Below, piece after piece: positions 50,186 to 62,172 of a DNA stretch of 64,000 nucleotides. Position 1 is the first letter of the stretch. Each line of letters starts with the position of its first letter. A model generated the notes under the pieces. The model saw only the letters and a list, made by a program, of their open reading frames with translations. It was not told the DNA's origin and made no database searches. The translations under genes were made by a program, and so were the position numbers. The stretch covers positions 607,609 through 671,608 of the forward strand of contig NMRA01000141.1 of NCBI GenBank assembly GCA_002633005.1, given 5' to 3'. Origin of the DNA: Phoronis australis. Its lineage: Eukaryota; Animalia; Phoronida.

Positions 50186-51196
50186 CTGGAAATAGCACAC
50201 AACACAAAAGGCTGGCTTTGAAATGCAAAACAATTTAAGTAATAAAAGAAAATATGACATTGAACAGAAACAAGATCATCACATAAAGTTGATAATACAG
50301 TGAAAAACACTAATATTGCATTACAAAAACAAATACAACTTCAGGGAGAGACAAAAGTAAAAAAATGAATGGGATATATAATTGTACTTTTGACAGTGTG
50401 TTTATCTTCAATCTATCATTCACAAGAAACTGCTCCCATACATATTGTTTATTATGATTTATTTGATCCCTGAAAGGTAAATTGGCTGAACATTCCCATT
50501 ACAGATCCAGGTATCGAGCAATGTAGTTGCCTATACAGCTATGTTAGCAACAAGACCATCATGACTTGATCATTTAGACTTAAGACGTAATTTAAGCAAA
50601 TGCGTTCGGCATACGAGGGGCTTCACCGGCCCAGTTCAGATGGTAAGCATGGCCTACATAGGTGTATGGTGTTTTCTCTAATAGTTTGTACACTTAGTTC
50701 GCACACGGCCCTTGAAACATAGCGTTTGTCTCTATTTCGTACTAGAGTCTAAGGGCGAGGGAAAAATAGTTCATACACATATTTGCATTAGAAAAATAAT
50801 TTTACAAGCTTTTTGGCAAGGTAAAATGAAAATTTGTATTCTTAAAAAAGAACACAAATCAATAAGTGCCAGTTCTATTCGGGTAGGTTTTAGAATCTGG
50901 GATAGGTGACGTCCCTGATTAAAAGTGATTTAAGATCAGTTACTCCCACTAAATAACAACTGGGAGTGACTGGTTCTCTAATCACTTTTAAACCCAGAAC
51001 CCATCTATTTGACTATTACCAGGAATCTTGTTCAATGTTTTTTACTAAAAACCTAAAAGCCAAAGGGAATTTGGGCACTGAATTTGGCGCTTAACACATC
51101 AATCACACTGACAAGATGACATTCCTTGACCTTGAACTGTTGATTAGTGCTAACATTAACTGAATTAATCAGTCAAATGAGTAATAAACTTCATAC

Positions 51197-51423
51197 TAAA
51201 TCGATCGCATAGTTGTCCTGTAGTGTGCGTATTCCCTGAGTAAAAATTGTCTTTCCTCAGGATCTTCCAGAGTGGGTTGGCGCACGATGTAAATTTTACT
51301 TGGAGCTTTTGGCAATCGGTAATCTTTCCTTCCTCTTATTATGATCAAGCGATTCTGAGTTTGTGATGAATCTAGAAAACAGCGAAGCTGGTTCACAATT
51401 TGTCGGTTAACTCGAGAAAACAT
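51197..51423 (-). CDS. MRPS26: mS26 exon 1 with a mitochondrial targeting-like N-terminus
   Basis: MFSRVNRQ...IIIRGRKDYRLPKAPSKIYIVRQPTLEDPEERQFLLREYAHYRTTMRSI matches mS26 RGRK...P.A.SK....P...DP.E......Y.HYR; donor TA|gtatga. Confidence 0.9.
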
Positions 51424-51732
51424 TGTTCAGACTTCACTCCCCAGTTCATTACTCAGAGAACACAGTGTGTTCACAGCGCGGAAGACAGTGACATCTGCTG
51501 GGGTGGTAGTGTAATTTTACATTTGAGTAAATTAATTGAAAAAAAATGTCAACTCATATACAGCACAATAATGAGGTAAATATTGAATCGAATCCACAGG
51601 GAAAAAGCTCTTAGCATTGTAGAAAATCAAAATTAAATTTGAATAAAGCTTTAAAAAAATCCAAAGGGTTTCTATTATAAGAGCACGCCACATTGAAGTG
51701 CCCTTGCAAGTTCCAACGATAATAACGTTGAT
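51424..51732. promoter_or_regulatory. Bidirectional promoter shared by MRPS26 and EXD2
   Basis: Divergent ATGs at 51423 (-) and 51733 (+), 310 bp apart. Confidence 0.65.
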
Positions 51733-51811
51733 ATGTGGTTGATCGAATACGTTGACAGTCTGTCGAGGACGAAACAGTTACTGCTTGCAGCGTCATTGCT
51801 TTGTACTGGAG
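51733..51811 (+). CDS. EXD2: EXD2 exon 1 (first half of the N-terminal transmembrane anchor)
   Basis: MWLIEYVDSLSRTKQLLLAASLLCTG-G, phase 1 donor (51812, or 3 nt further); joined to exon 2 it gives the hydrophobic segment LLLAASLLCTGGALAYWLHI, like the EXD2 anchor. Confidence 0.7.
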
Positions 51812-54469
51812 GTGGTGATACTTTTGTTATTTATATTAATTCATGAACGACGCTTTTCTGTCGGTGGTGTACTACTTCAATCATTCAGCTTCACATTGCC
51901 ATTCTTACACCCTCTCACTAGGGAGGACAATCAAAAAGTAGGTCACGGTGCTCCATATCTGCCTCCGTGTAAAACCCACGTCGGTAAATTACCCGATTTC
52001 AGACTTCAAAGTTAACTATAAGACAATTTTGTGTTATAAATCATTACCTTAGTCTTTATTTGTAAGTTTGTAATCTTTTTGTCTCAAATTATCGCTGATA
52101 AATCATTTTTTGTAAGCTTTTTTTAGCGCACGATTTTCCGCCATGCGATCAACTTTCGAAAAAGTACCTCTTGTTCCTCCTATCCAAAAGAGCACTATAC
52201 TCTCAAATACAAACATGAAATTTGGACAGGATGTAGTTTAGATGCGTGCGCATCTCCTCAAGTTGTTTTCTCGAAGTCAAGGCCAAGTTTTCATNNNNNN
52301 NNNNNNNNNNNNNNNNNNNNNNNNNNNNNNNNNNNNNNNNNNNNNNNNNNNNNNNNNNNNNNNNNNNNNNNNNNNNNNNNNNNNNNNNNNNNNNNNNNNN
52401 NNNNNNNNNNNNNNNNNNNNNNNNNNNNNNNNNNNNNNNNNNNNNNNNNNNNNNNNNNNNNNNNNNNNNNNNNNNNNNNNNNNNNNNNNNNTAAGAACCC
52501 AGCGTATCGCATTTGTCTGCGGATTTTTCCTTTGGCCTTCTAGATCCTACTAGTGCCTGGGAAAAACAGATACATTGCATAAACAAACCCTGGATCTTGT
52601 TTTGTGTCCCGTCGGAAGAAAATTTAAATTCGAAAACATCTTCTGAAAACGCACAAAAAAGTGTATTAGTAAAATCTACTGATTTTTAAGTGGTTTTAAA
52701 AAACAATCGGTAAACTCACCGATTTTTGTCTCATTACTTTGATACGTGTCTCTTCCGATAAGTTAGTACCTAACGTGCAGACGAGCACTCCAAATTGGAA
52801 CGCTAAGTCCCGCGTGGTTGCGCTGCACGCGAAACAAGATGGCGGACGACCTTTGGAGCCTGACGACAATAGGTAACCGGACTATACTACTTCAATCATT
52901 CAGCTTCACATTGCCATTCTTACACCCTCTCACGCACATCCACAGGCGGCAGTGGTTAGCGGTCCCTGATTTGGAGAACCATGCAATCACTGAATAACGT
53001 GACTGTTACTTCGTGGACGAAAGTAGTTCTTTAAATCAGGGACCACTATATCCTACCAGTGCCCACAGGCGCCTCTTGATTATCAGGCGATCAACGTTAA
53101 TACTATCAAGCGGTTGTCAAGGTTCCCTGCTGAGTGCTGTGCTCTCATGTCTCCGTGACTCAGTTTCAGAGTCAGACTCAGTCAGGACTAGGGCCAGCCC
53201 ATGCTTAGTCAGCCAGCTAGCTGTGTGCAGACTATCGTTAAAATACAGCTAGGTACCACTTTGTTGAGCTCCGTTATATCCCCAAATTTCACGTAAACTG
53301 GGTAGTTCTGCTCGTTACCTCGCTGTGGAACTTAACATCTAGAGCTAACATCCGGTGAATCCATTAAAAATTGTTTTTTAACAAAAAACGCCTATCATCA
53401 TGCTGAAAACAGTACGCTCATGACACATGCACGCATGCACCATTTTTCTAAATTTTTTAGTATCTCTCGGGAAATGATGGCAGCTTCGCAGCAGCAAAAT
53501 TTCTTCTGAAATCCGGTTTGCTGGTATTAAAATACTACGAACCTTCAACGAAATGAAACAAGTTCCGATAATTAGTTGTGACATGTGCGCAACCTTGTGG
53601 AAAAAGAACTGTTTATTGGAGAATCGGTGAAAAAAAGAAATTTGGCCAATAGGTGATGCTATATTTCATGGCAATGAAAGCCGACGCATGAGATTGATCT
53701 ACAACTTTAGCAGCAGAATAGCAATTCAACGCCAATTTTTCTAAACATCAGCAAATGATTATTTTAGTCGTGGAAGAGTGTGGTTTTTAACGGTACTAAT
53801 TTTGTGTCAGATTTTGTTTGGCCAGTTTTTTATCCACACCGGCGCAAAGCTGTATATTTAGTATGTATAGCTTTGCATCAAGACTAGGCCAGGCTCAGCT
53901 CAACCAAGTCACATAAAACTTGGTTTGTTCCTTTTCTCCCATACACTATAAATGGCGTAACTTCTTGCTTTCTAGTTGTATTGTGTGTATGTGCGCGCGC
54001 GCGTGTGCGTGCATGTGTCTAGCACAACAAAACTGCATTACGAAAATTCTCATCTGTAGTGTTGTTTGCAGTATGTCATTACCAATCCCTCATGTGAAAG
54101 AACCCCAAGGTTTTATTCTCTACTCTTAGAGAGGCCTGAAACACGACAAACCGACTAAATTGCATTATTCAAAGTGGTTTCTGCCACTGAAACAGAATTC
54201 AACCTGCTCACCAGGTAATTTTAGGGTTTGTTCGTAAAGATTTCTAATTTCTGTTCACACCAAAGCATTTTCTTCTAGTTTCAAATTTCCTAAAATCGAT
54301 CTGTCAATTGCTCACCACTTCGTCAATTTTTCTCCCAAAAGGCAAAGCACGTCTCTTTATTTGGTATGGCAAGTCATAGATCCAGCAGATTCCCATGTAT
54401 GGAAAATTTGGCCTTTGACCTCAAGTGACTTCAAGGAACTGACTGAGCGCAAGTGGATATTTACCATAA

Positions 54470-54680
54470 GTGGGAGGGAGATTAGAAACTCTGTGGTTAC
54501 CACGGAGTTTTTCATTCGCGTACATTTCAAAAATCGTGAATTTTGCGATTCTTTCTGGAAAATTCCTCACAGGGGAAAGTGAATTAGTCTGTACTAGACG
54601 CTGCAGGATGGTACTTTCGTCAGGAATTGTTTAAAAAATATTTTTGACTAGCTTTCGTGTTCCGTGCCTCTTTATAGTCT
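54470..54680 (+). mobile_element. Partial copy of the repeat family at 21375-21990
   Basis: Direct sequence similarity seen by eye. Confidence 0.65.
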
Positions 54681-54741
54681 GCTGTATTTAAAATCCCTGA
54701 TCATCGACTGAGATTGAAATGGGACTTGATTTTTTTCTCAG

Positions 54742-54905
54742 GTGCACTAGCTTATTGGCTGCACATTCAGCGATGCCAGAGTGAACGTCCACTGAAGTTA
54801 CGGAGGAGAGTAGAGAGAAAAAATCGAGAAATCATTGTGGTGTCTCATCGTGTAGACTGGACCAGGGCTTATGGATACATTAGTGCTGCACTTGAAGAAT
54901 GCAAG
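54742..54905 (+). CDS. EXD2: EXD2 exon 2
   Basis: Acceptor tttctcag, donor AAG|gtgagt; ALAYWLHIQR...EIIVVSHRVDWTRAYGYISAALEECK. Confidence 0.85.
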
Positions 54906-55529
54906 GTGAGTCTTATGTTTGTGTACTGATATCATGTTTTCTAGTAATTTCATATGAGGCTAAAAACATAGTTTGTTGCGGTCTATAACCTGAATCAATT
55001 TGAGATCTGCACTCACTGAATAAAAAACGCCCTGCTTACAACAATTTCAGCCAAAGTTTTATTTTTTGTTGGGAAAACTGCACAAAGGCAAGGATAAGCA
55101 AGATTTGAAACACCATGCTTTGCCAAGTAATGAATAAAAAAACCCACATCATTTTGCTGGTCTCAGGTTTATTTTCTGTTTTGAAAAAGTGAGCAACTAA
55201 AAAAATTCTGCACCAACGCATCTATTTTCAAAAAAGCAGACCACAACCATCTATGCTTTTTGCCCTTATCAGGACAATTTTAAAGGTCCTGGACTGGATG
55301 TTTATTTATATCATTATTATAGTAATCAATATAAAGGTTGGTCAAGAAATCTGTTATATGACTCTGTTTTTAAAAAATCTATTATGACCACTCTCTTTAC
55401 AGACAGTTATTATTTTAAATTGTAAATTCATGATTAGTAGCTTCAACTGGCTGAAGGATGGATATTATCTCCAGTCTTTATACCTGGGACATGGAGTGAC
55501 GTGCTTAACTATAGTTGGTCCCCTTACAG

Positions 55530-55690
55530 GTTGTTGGATTTGACTGTGAGTGGGTAACAGAGGACAAGAAAGGCCAGCCTGTGGCCTTGGTGCAGATTGC
55601 TACTCAGCATGGCATCTGTATTCTATTCAGGGTTTGCCTCCTTCGCAAGTCATTGCCCAAAAGTTTTGTAGATCTGCTTCAGGACAGAAG
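55530..55690 (+). CDS. EXD2: EXD2 exon 3 (DEDDy exonuclease motif I)
   Basis: VVGFDCEWVTEDKKGQPVALVQIATQHGICILFRV...LPKSFVDLLQD; WRN-type exonuclease GxDCEW motif. Confidence 0.93.
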
Positions 55691-56422
55691 GTGTGTACCT
55701 GTCGTGTGCTATTGAGCAAACTTGTTAAACTGCATTATCATTACAATCCAGGTTTATTGTTTTTACATTGTTTATTTCTCTTTCCTTTTAGCTTTGTATC
55801 AAAAATAAATTGTACCTTAGCTATCCTATGTTGAAGTGTTTTGCTGTGATCTTTAAAGTTTTGGCAAAACATTGTTAGTGCTCTCGAATGTCAACTTGAT
55901 TAGTGTTGGAATTATTTTGAGCATTTGTCAATTTCTACAAAACCCTGCCTTCTGTCAAAAAAATCATCAATAAGGTTTGAGATCACCTTAATGTTGTAAT
56001 TATTTTGAGCGTGTGAATAAAATTTCTACAAAACCCTGCCTTCTGTCTGTTTCAATTTAAACCAATAACTGTTATCTGACTTGTCTCAACTTGTTCCTTA
56101 CTGAGTAGTGACTTCTGGACTTGCGATGAAGTTACAGTTGGGTATAATTACTGTTTAAGTTGGCTTGTCTTGCCCAGTCATTTTATGCCCCAATCATGTT
56201 CTGGAATGATTATTTCTTTCTGGTTCCTTGACCAGATTGTAAATGATTGCTTGGCTTTGTAAAATCTGGCAAATCATTTCTGCTGAAGATTGAAAAAGTG
56301 GTGTAATTCAGAAGTTGGTGTTGTGACAGATTTTAGTTTTGAAAAATCCAAGTGCTGCGAATATCGATCCATATGCCCTGTCCAGTTTAATGCCTCTATG
56401 TCTGTGTTGTTTGTTCTTGCAG

Positions 56423-56548
56423 CATCCTGAAAGTAGGTGTTGGCGCTGTAGATGATGGCAAGAAACTACTGAAGGATTATGGGATAAATGTGCGAGGCTG
56501 TGTAGATCTGAGACATCTGGTGGTCAGACAAGGCAAGAAATACAGCGG
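56423..56548 (+). CDS. EXD2: EXD2 exon 4
   Basis: ILKVGVGAVDDGKKLLKDYGINVRGCVDLRHL; acceptor ttgcag, donor GG|gtaagg. Confidence 0.93.
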
Positions 56549-57618
56549 GTAAGGATGGAATTTTTTCTAAGCATGTCTTCGCTTTAGTAGGCTAAGTAAA
56601 TAATAATTGTGTTTGACAACTGTAAGCTTTTTGTTTACTCTCTCGACCCTTTTTAGATGAAAGATTGCTCTGTTGTAGCGTTTCTGCTTATTCATCAACA
56701 AGAAAGTGTTACTATAACACAGGGATTTTCTAAAATATTATCAACAGATATCTGGGTATATAGAATCCGTCCCTTTATCTCCCAAACCAGTCAGTGGTTC
56801 TTCATAAAATTTTGCAGACTTGTTTTGTGTCATTGATAGGATGGTACACCCTTATTCTAGTACTTGTCCAACTCTTGTGCCTGCCTCTACCCAGTTCATA
56901 GATGGAGTTTAGTGAAATTTGACAGATGTGTCATCTGTTAAAAACAGATGACACCTGCCCATTTTTGAATAGATGAGACCCATGGTTACCCCCTATTGGC
57001 AACTAGTATTTTGGTGTGTTTTTGGCATCTGCCTCTTTACTGGACAATTTGTTTTTGTCCGCAAAGTCTCTTGGAATGAACCAAATAAGATCTTAAGAGA
57101 TTTTAAGCTTTAAAAAGCTTTTGTCATTACAAAGTTTGTCAGTGTCTCTAAAAACTTCTTGCAATTTTTTTTTCCTTTGACATATTGAAGACGTCATAGG
57201 TAACTAGTCTAAGGATTAAGTTGAAAATGACATAGAAACCTGTTTTTAACTATTGACAGCACGTCAGTGGCATAAGATATGAATATAATTGTGAAACAAG
57301 GGCCTGTTTCTGGAAAAGTGACTTAAGACTGAAGTCAGAAGTTTGGTCTTTGGGTCCACTATTTCTGAATAATAATTGAATCTCACTTAAGCAAAATTAC
57401 TAGGTGTATGAAAGTGTATACATAACTCCTAATTACGGACTGTACTTTCTATAAATTATTTCTAGATTGCTATGTGCTCATAATTGTTTGCTTCAACCTT
57501 TATTCAGCAATTGTTACGGGGTGGGGAACTTAAGGAAGAACAAATTTCTTACTTAAAAACAGAACCTAGGCCTCTACAGTACTCTCATTTTTGAACCTCT
57601 CCACATTTTTCTTTACAG

Positions 57619-57961
57619 AGGCCTCAGTCTGAGAGACATTGCTAAAGACGTTCTGGAGAAAGACTTGCAGAAATCATTCCTGATCCGTTGTGGAAACTGG
57701 GAGGCAGCAGAACTTTCGGACGAGCAGATTCAGTACGCCGCTGATGATGCTTGCGTTGCCATGGATATATTCACCAGCATTGTTGCCAATAAACTGGGGC
57801 ATGACGCCTCTTTGGATAATCTCTTGGACTACTACTCGCACCCTTACGCTCAAGATCTGGATAATAGCATTGTCACGGAGTTCAACAAGAAAGCGCTCTC
57901 CGTTTGCCAAGGAGTTGTCGACGTGAACTTTAGTCCCTCCTCTGGTGGAGGCTTCTCCAGA
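57619..57961 (+). CDS. EXD2: EXD2 exon 5
   Basis: GLSLRDIAKDVLEKDLQKSFLIRCGNWEAAELSDEQIQYAADDA...CQGVVDVNF; donor AGA|gttagt. Confidence 0.9.
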
Positions 57962-58129
57962 GTTAGTCACCTTTTCGTTGTGTTTTGTGCGGCCACCAGC
58001 GTCCAGTCTTGGCCGGTCAGTTTTATTTGACTGGTCATATCTAGTCTTAATTTTTAATTGTTGGGACATGACGTTCAGGTTTTATTCGTTCACATTATAA
58101 CTTGTGGTTGTAACTTTAAGTTATGTATG

Positions 58130-59320
58130 TCCGTAGGGCCTGTTTCGCCACCCATATTTCCTAAACCCTTCACCAGATCTTTATAAAATTTCTCAGGTTT
58201 GGTCCTACGAGTATGATTTTTCACGACTTTTAGACTAATTTTGCTTTTGCTGTGCTATTTGGTGGAAATAGTATTTTTTTTTGTTTACTTTTATGTCTGC
58301 CAAGTCTCTAGATGGATCTTTACCAAACTGGGCTGATATCTTTTTATGTCGGAGAGTGTATTACCCGACAATTTTCGAATGACCCTTTTGTATTGTCTTT
58401 ACTGGGTTTTCGGCATCTGCTTTTCTACCTACCTAACGGTTGAATGGTTGTCATGAATTTGAGGCATATATTCTTATTGACAAGAGCTTGTCTGACAACG
58501 ATTTTCGGACGGATCCGAATTGGTCTTTGCCCCCCCTAGTACCGGTATAGGTGAATGATTATTGTACAATTTGACGGAGATGTGTCTAGGGAAAAGAGCA
58601 TGGTTGACATTGATTTTTTCAACGAATCTGACAGTGTCTATGCCCTCAAGTGCACTTTTATTTTCTGGGCCTGCATCAGTAAATTCTTTATACGATCGTC
58701 TTGCAATTTAGTCAGTGCTAACTAGATGGGGCGAATTCAACAACTTTCTTGACAGATATGTTGTATTAAAATGAGCCGTCACCTGGCTATTTTTGCACTG
58801 TTCCATAATTTTATACACCATCTTGTAGGGTCTGTTTTTGGCATCTGCCTTTCTATCTGAAAAACGGTTTCAAGAATTGGTTCAGAATTTGACAAATATT
58901 GACTATAACCTACCTGCGTCACCGTCACATTGATTTGTAAACTGTTTTGATTGTTACCATACCCCCTAGGGGCAATTTCTGGTTTTTGCGTTTGTCTCAA
59001 TATCTACCTGAAGGTTGATGAAGGCTCTTTGTGAAGTATGACAGAGAAGATTTTATCTTAGAGAGATCAAAACTTAGCCATTTTCGACATTTCTGACTTG
59101 TGATATGCACCCTAGAGGCAATTTTAATAGTTTTGTCTTCACTCATATCTTTCTGCCAAACCCCTTGATGAATCATGGTAAATAAGTTTCTTAAGTTTCT
59201 AATAGGTGAGGATGACTGGCTTCAATTATTGGTTGGATAGCAATCTCAATATCTACTAGGATTGCATTTGCCGATTATTGGTTGAGTGGCAGTGCCCCCT
59301 GTTGACTCAGTTTAAGTTCA
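58130..59320. repeat. Highly degenerate tandem-unit repeat of probable transposon origin; similar patches near 30850-31190 and 56760-57050
   Basis: Recurring motifs ccccctag/caccctag, ttttggcatctgcct and gaaatttgacaga at roughly regular spacing. Confidence 0.45.
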
Positions 59321-59640
59321 CTAGTGTTGCTCACACTAGAATGTGGAAATATTTGAAAAAATGAGCATAATTTATTTCTGTGCCTCTTTGTAATTTACAC
59401 TGTGAGTGCATAGCAACGTTCTGCATTGCTCTGCTTGAACGGTTGCTGCAGATTAATGCTTTAACTGTATTTAGCTACCATCACAAACTATTTTGAAAAA
59501 TTGTAGGCTTCCACAAAAATGTTAGAAGATTTTGAGAAATAAAAAAACAATTGCAATAAATATTTAAGTCAGAAATTGGTTGGATTAAATTTACCATTTT
59601 TTGAGAATCAATTTTGAGAAGTCGCTTCTTGTTATTGTAG

Positions 59641-59812
59641 AATGCCAACAACTCATCCTCCGGCAATAAAAGTAACTTTAACAACTTTAGAAGTTACACG
59701 ACGCGCAAGATGCCTCTGTACCACAACTGTCAGTTACGTGCTCCTGATGGACAGCTGCTGTGTACTTGTGATGAGAAGAAGGCACTGTGGTACTTGGGAA
59801 AAGGACTGGCTG
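59641..59812 (+). CDS. EXD2: EXD2 exon 6
   Basis: ...YTTRKMPLYHNCQLRAPDGQLLCTCDEKKALWYLGKGLA, an EXD2-specific block; donor G|gtatga. Confidence 0.93.
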
Positions 59813-61415
59813 GTATGACTAGAACCATATTTGGTTTGTGGTGGGAGCTTTCTAAGTACTCGAGTGGTACGCAGAGCGTGGATTTTTCCTCTTTTAAGAA
59901 AATTCCCTCTCTTGGTTTGGATTTCCTCTTATTTGATTTCCAGTTTCTTCCTTCTTTCGTCTCTTTTTTTATCATTATTGTGAGTTTATTCACGCAAAAC
60001 GTTTATTTCAGTTAAATGTTACAACACAAAAAGTCTTTCTATCACACAAACCTATTTGTGGAACGATACATCACCTTGAAAGTTTTTCTCTTGTCATTGG
60101 TTATTCCAAGCCCTGGGTTTGGTAGTTTACGAAAAATTGCAAAACCTTGTTGAAGCCTAGCTGCATCAATGTTGGAAGAAAATTCGTTGAAATGTTCGGC
60201 GATCTCCCTGAAAAATTGGGTTTCTCAGAAAAAACGCAATCTTGTGTTATTACTTTTGTGCACATTATAAGATTCTGTGATCATCTATGTTTTATGGGTC
60301 TACTATTAATACTTTAAAAGTTGCATAAGAAATTCAGTAGTTGGTAACAAAAGTGTTCTGTTATTAACTTACAAGGGAAAGCAAAAAGATTTATTTTGAG
60401 ATTACCTTTTACTGAATGGAGAATACTTTCTATGTGTTAATTGCTGTTCTCCTGCTGTGTCTTCACTATCCATGCTATATTGGAAAGTTTCAGTTTCAGT
60501 TTACTGCTTGCACGAATTCACCATTATGCTTGAAAATGAGGTGTTGTGTCCAAAGAGGAAGTAATATCCTACGTGACATTATTCCCCATATCGACCTCGA
60601 GATATTGTGTCCATACTGCAAATGATAATACATACACAAAACGTACCAAAAATGCCATAGATGAAGTAATATCCCACGAGACATTATTCGTCGTATTGAC
60701 CTTCGGTTTCTGTCTATACGTGGATTAATGTAGAGCGGAATATTATTTTGTCTATGCCAATCAAGGTACATTTTGTTTTTATCCCATATGCTTGGAATTC
60801 TTAAGTTTCTTGAGTTGCATATGATATAATATTTAGCAAATAAAACTGACACAGAAGTGTTATATTCATCAACAGTTTTGTACCAGACGTTATGTATGGG
60901 ATCTAATTGCATGTTGAGTGTTATTTATACTGTTGCACTTTTATTACTTTAAACTATTTTGGGGCAGTTTGATGATCGAACCGGCTAACGGCGTCAAGTC
61001 GACATTGAACTGCCTTTTGGACTTTCCATGCCAGAGGACACAGTTAAAGTAATCCATGGAGGGAAATACGGAAAACAATATCACATGGCCGTATTGCACT
61101 GATTCAATGTGTGTGAGATAAATGTTTGAAACACACGTACTTTCACGCTTGCGATGTTAATTTTGAAGCTAAAGCGAGTTTACAGTGCCACCAAGTGTGC
61201 AAGTATTGAATTATGGCTCTGAGAGCAAAAAATGCAAGAGACACAGCAATTAAATCGAGGAAATGTCTTCCCCAAATCACCAGGGATATGTAATTTTAGT
61301 GAAAGTAGTTTAAGAAGCGTAACTATAGTAAACCACGTGTCCAGATCTCAGCTCAGTGGTGTCTCCGTCACTAACTTTGTTTGTTCATTGCCATTTTGAC
61401 GTCTCTTGTTTTCAG

Positions 61416-61581
61416 ACATGATTAGCGATGATCCACTAACTGTCCAGTTGAAGTTTGAGCCAGGCGGCCGTCCAGAGTCTCTCAAAAACTATTATCTACA
61501 GGAGAAGCAGAACATCTGTGTGGTGTGTGGAAAGGCAGAGTCGTACATACGCAAGAATGTAGTGCCGCATGAGTATAGGAA
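61416..61581 (+). CDS. EXD2: EXD2 exon 7 (start of HNH-like region); gene continues beyond the right edge
   Basis: DMISDDPLTVQLKFEPGGRPESLKNYYLQEKQNICVVCGKAESYIRKNVVPHEYRK; donor AA|gtaggt. Confidence 0.93.
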
Positions 61582-62172
61582 GTAGGTGGTCGTTTGAGAA
61601 TAAGTTGGTCATTGGTTTCTAGAGCATTGCAATAAGTGGTTGTTAGAGTCTTGATGACATTGAATAGTGGAGTGTGTTTTATGTTATATTGAAAACCAGA
61701 CGAAATTTGTCTATAGGCTTTAAGTTAAAGTTTAAAAACATGACTTTTTATAGGCTTTTGAGGGTAAAAAAAAGAAAATTCCCGTAAAGAGATTGAGGTT
61801 TACTTCTAATTTGAAAGGCCTGGCTGTGACCTGTCTGCTAGTTCTTCACATTTTTAGCTAACAAGTGAAGTTCTATTTTGCCAAATTTGTCCGAAAATGG
61901 AGATTATGAAAATTTTAATCCATCACTACCATGGTTTGTACTGTGTAGATGTCACATAATAACGTTTGATAAATTTTCCATTATTTGCAGTAAAAGTAAT
62001 CAACATTTGAAAATGACAATTTTAACAATTATTTTTATGTGAAGTGGAGAATTACCATAAATTTTAAACTGCATTTTTCTTTCAGCAATGTCTATGCAAA
62101 ATAAGCGAATTTGTGTGAAATTAAAACTAATAGCCATTTTTACCACATTCCCATTGCAATGGTCCGTATTAA

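Noticed and set aside
52203-52586. ORFs spanning the 200-N gap
   Set aside because: Artefacts of translating N bases
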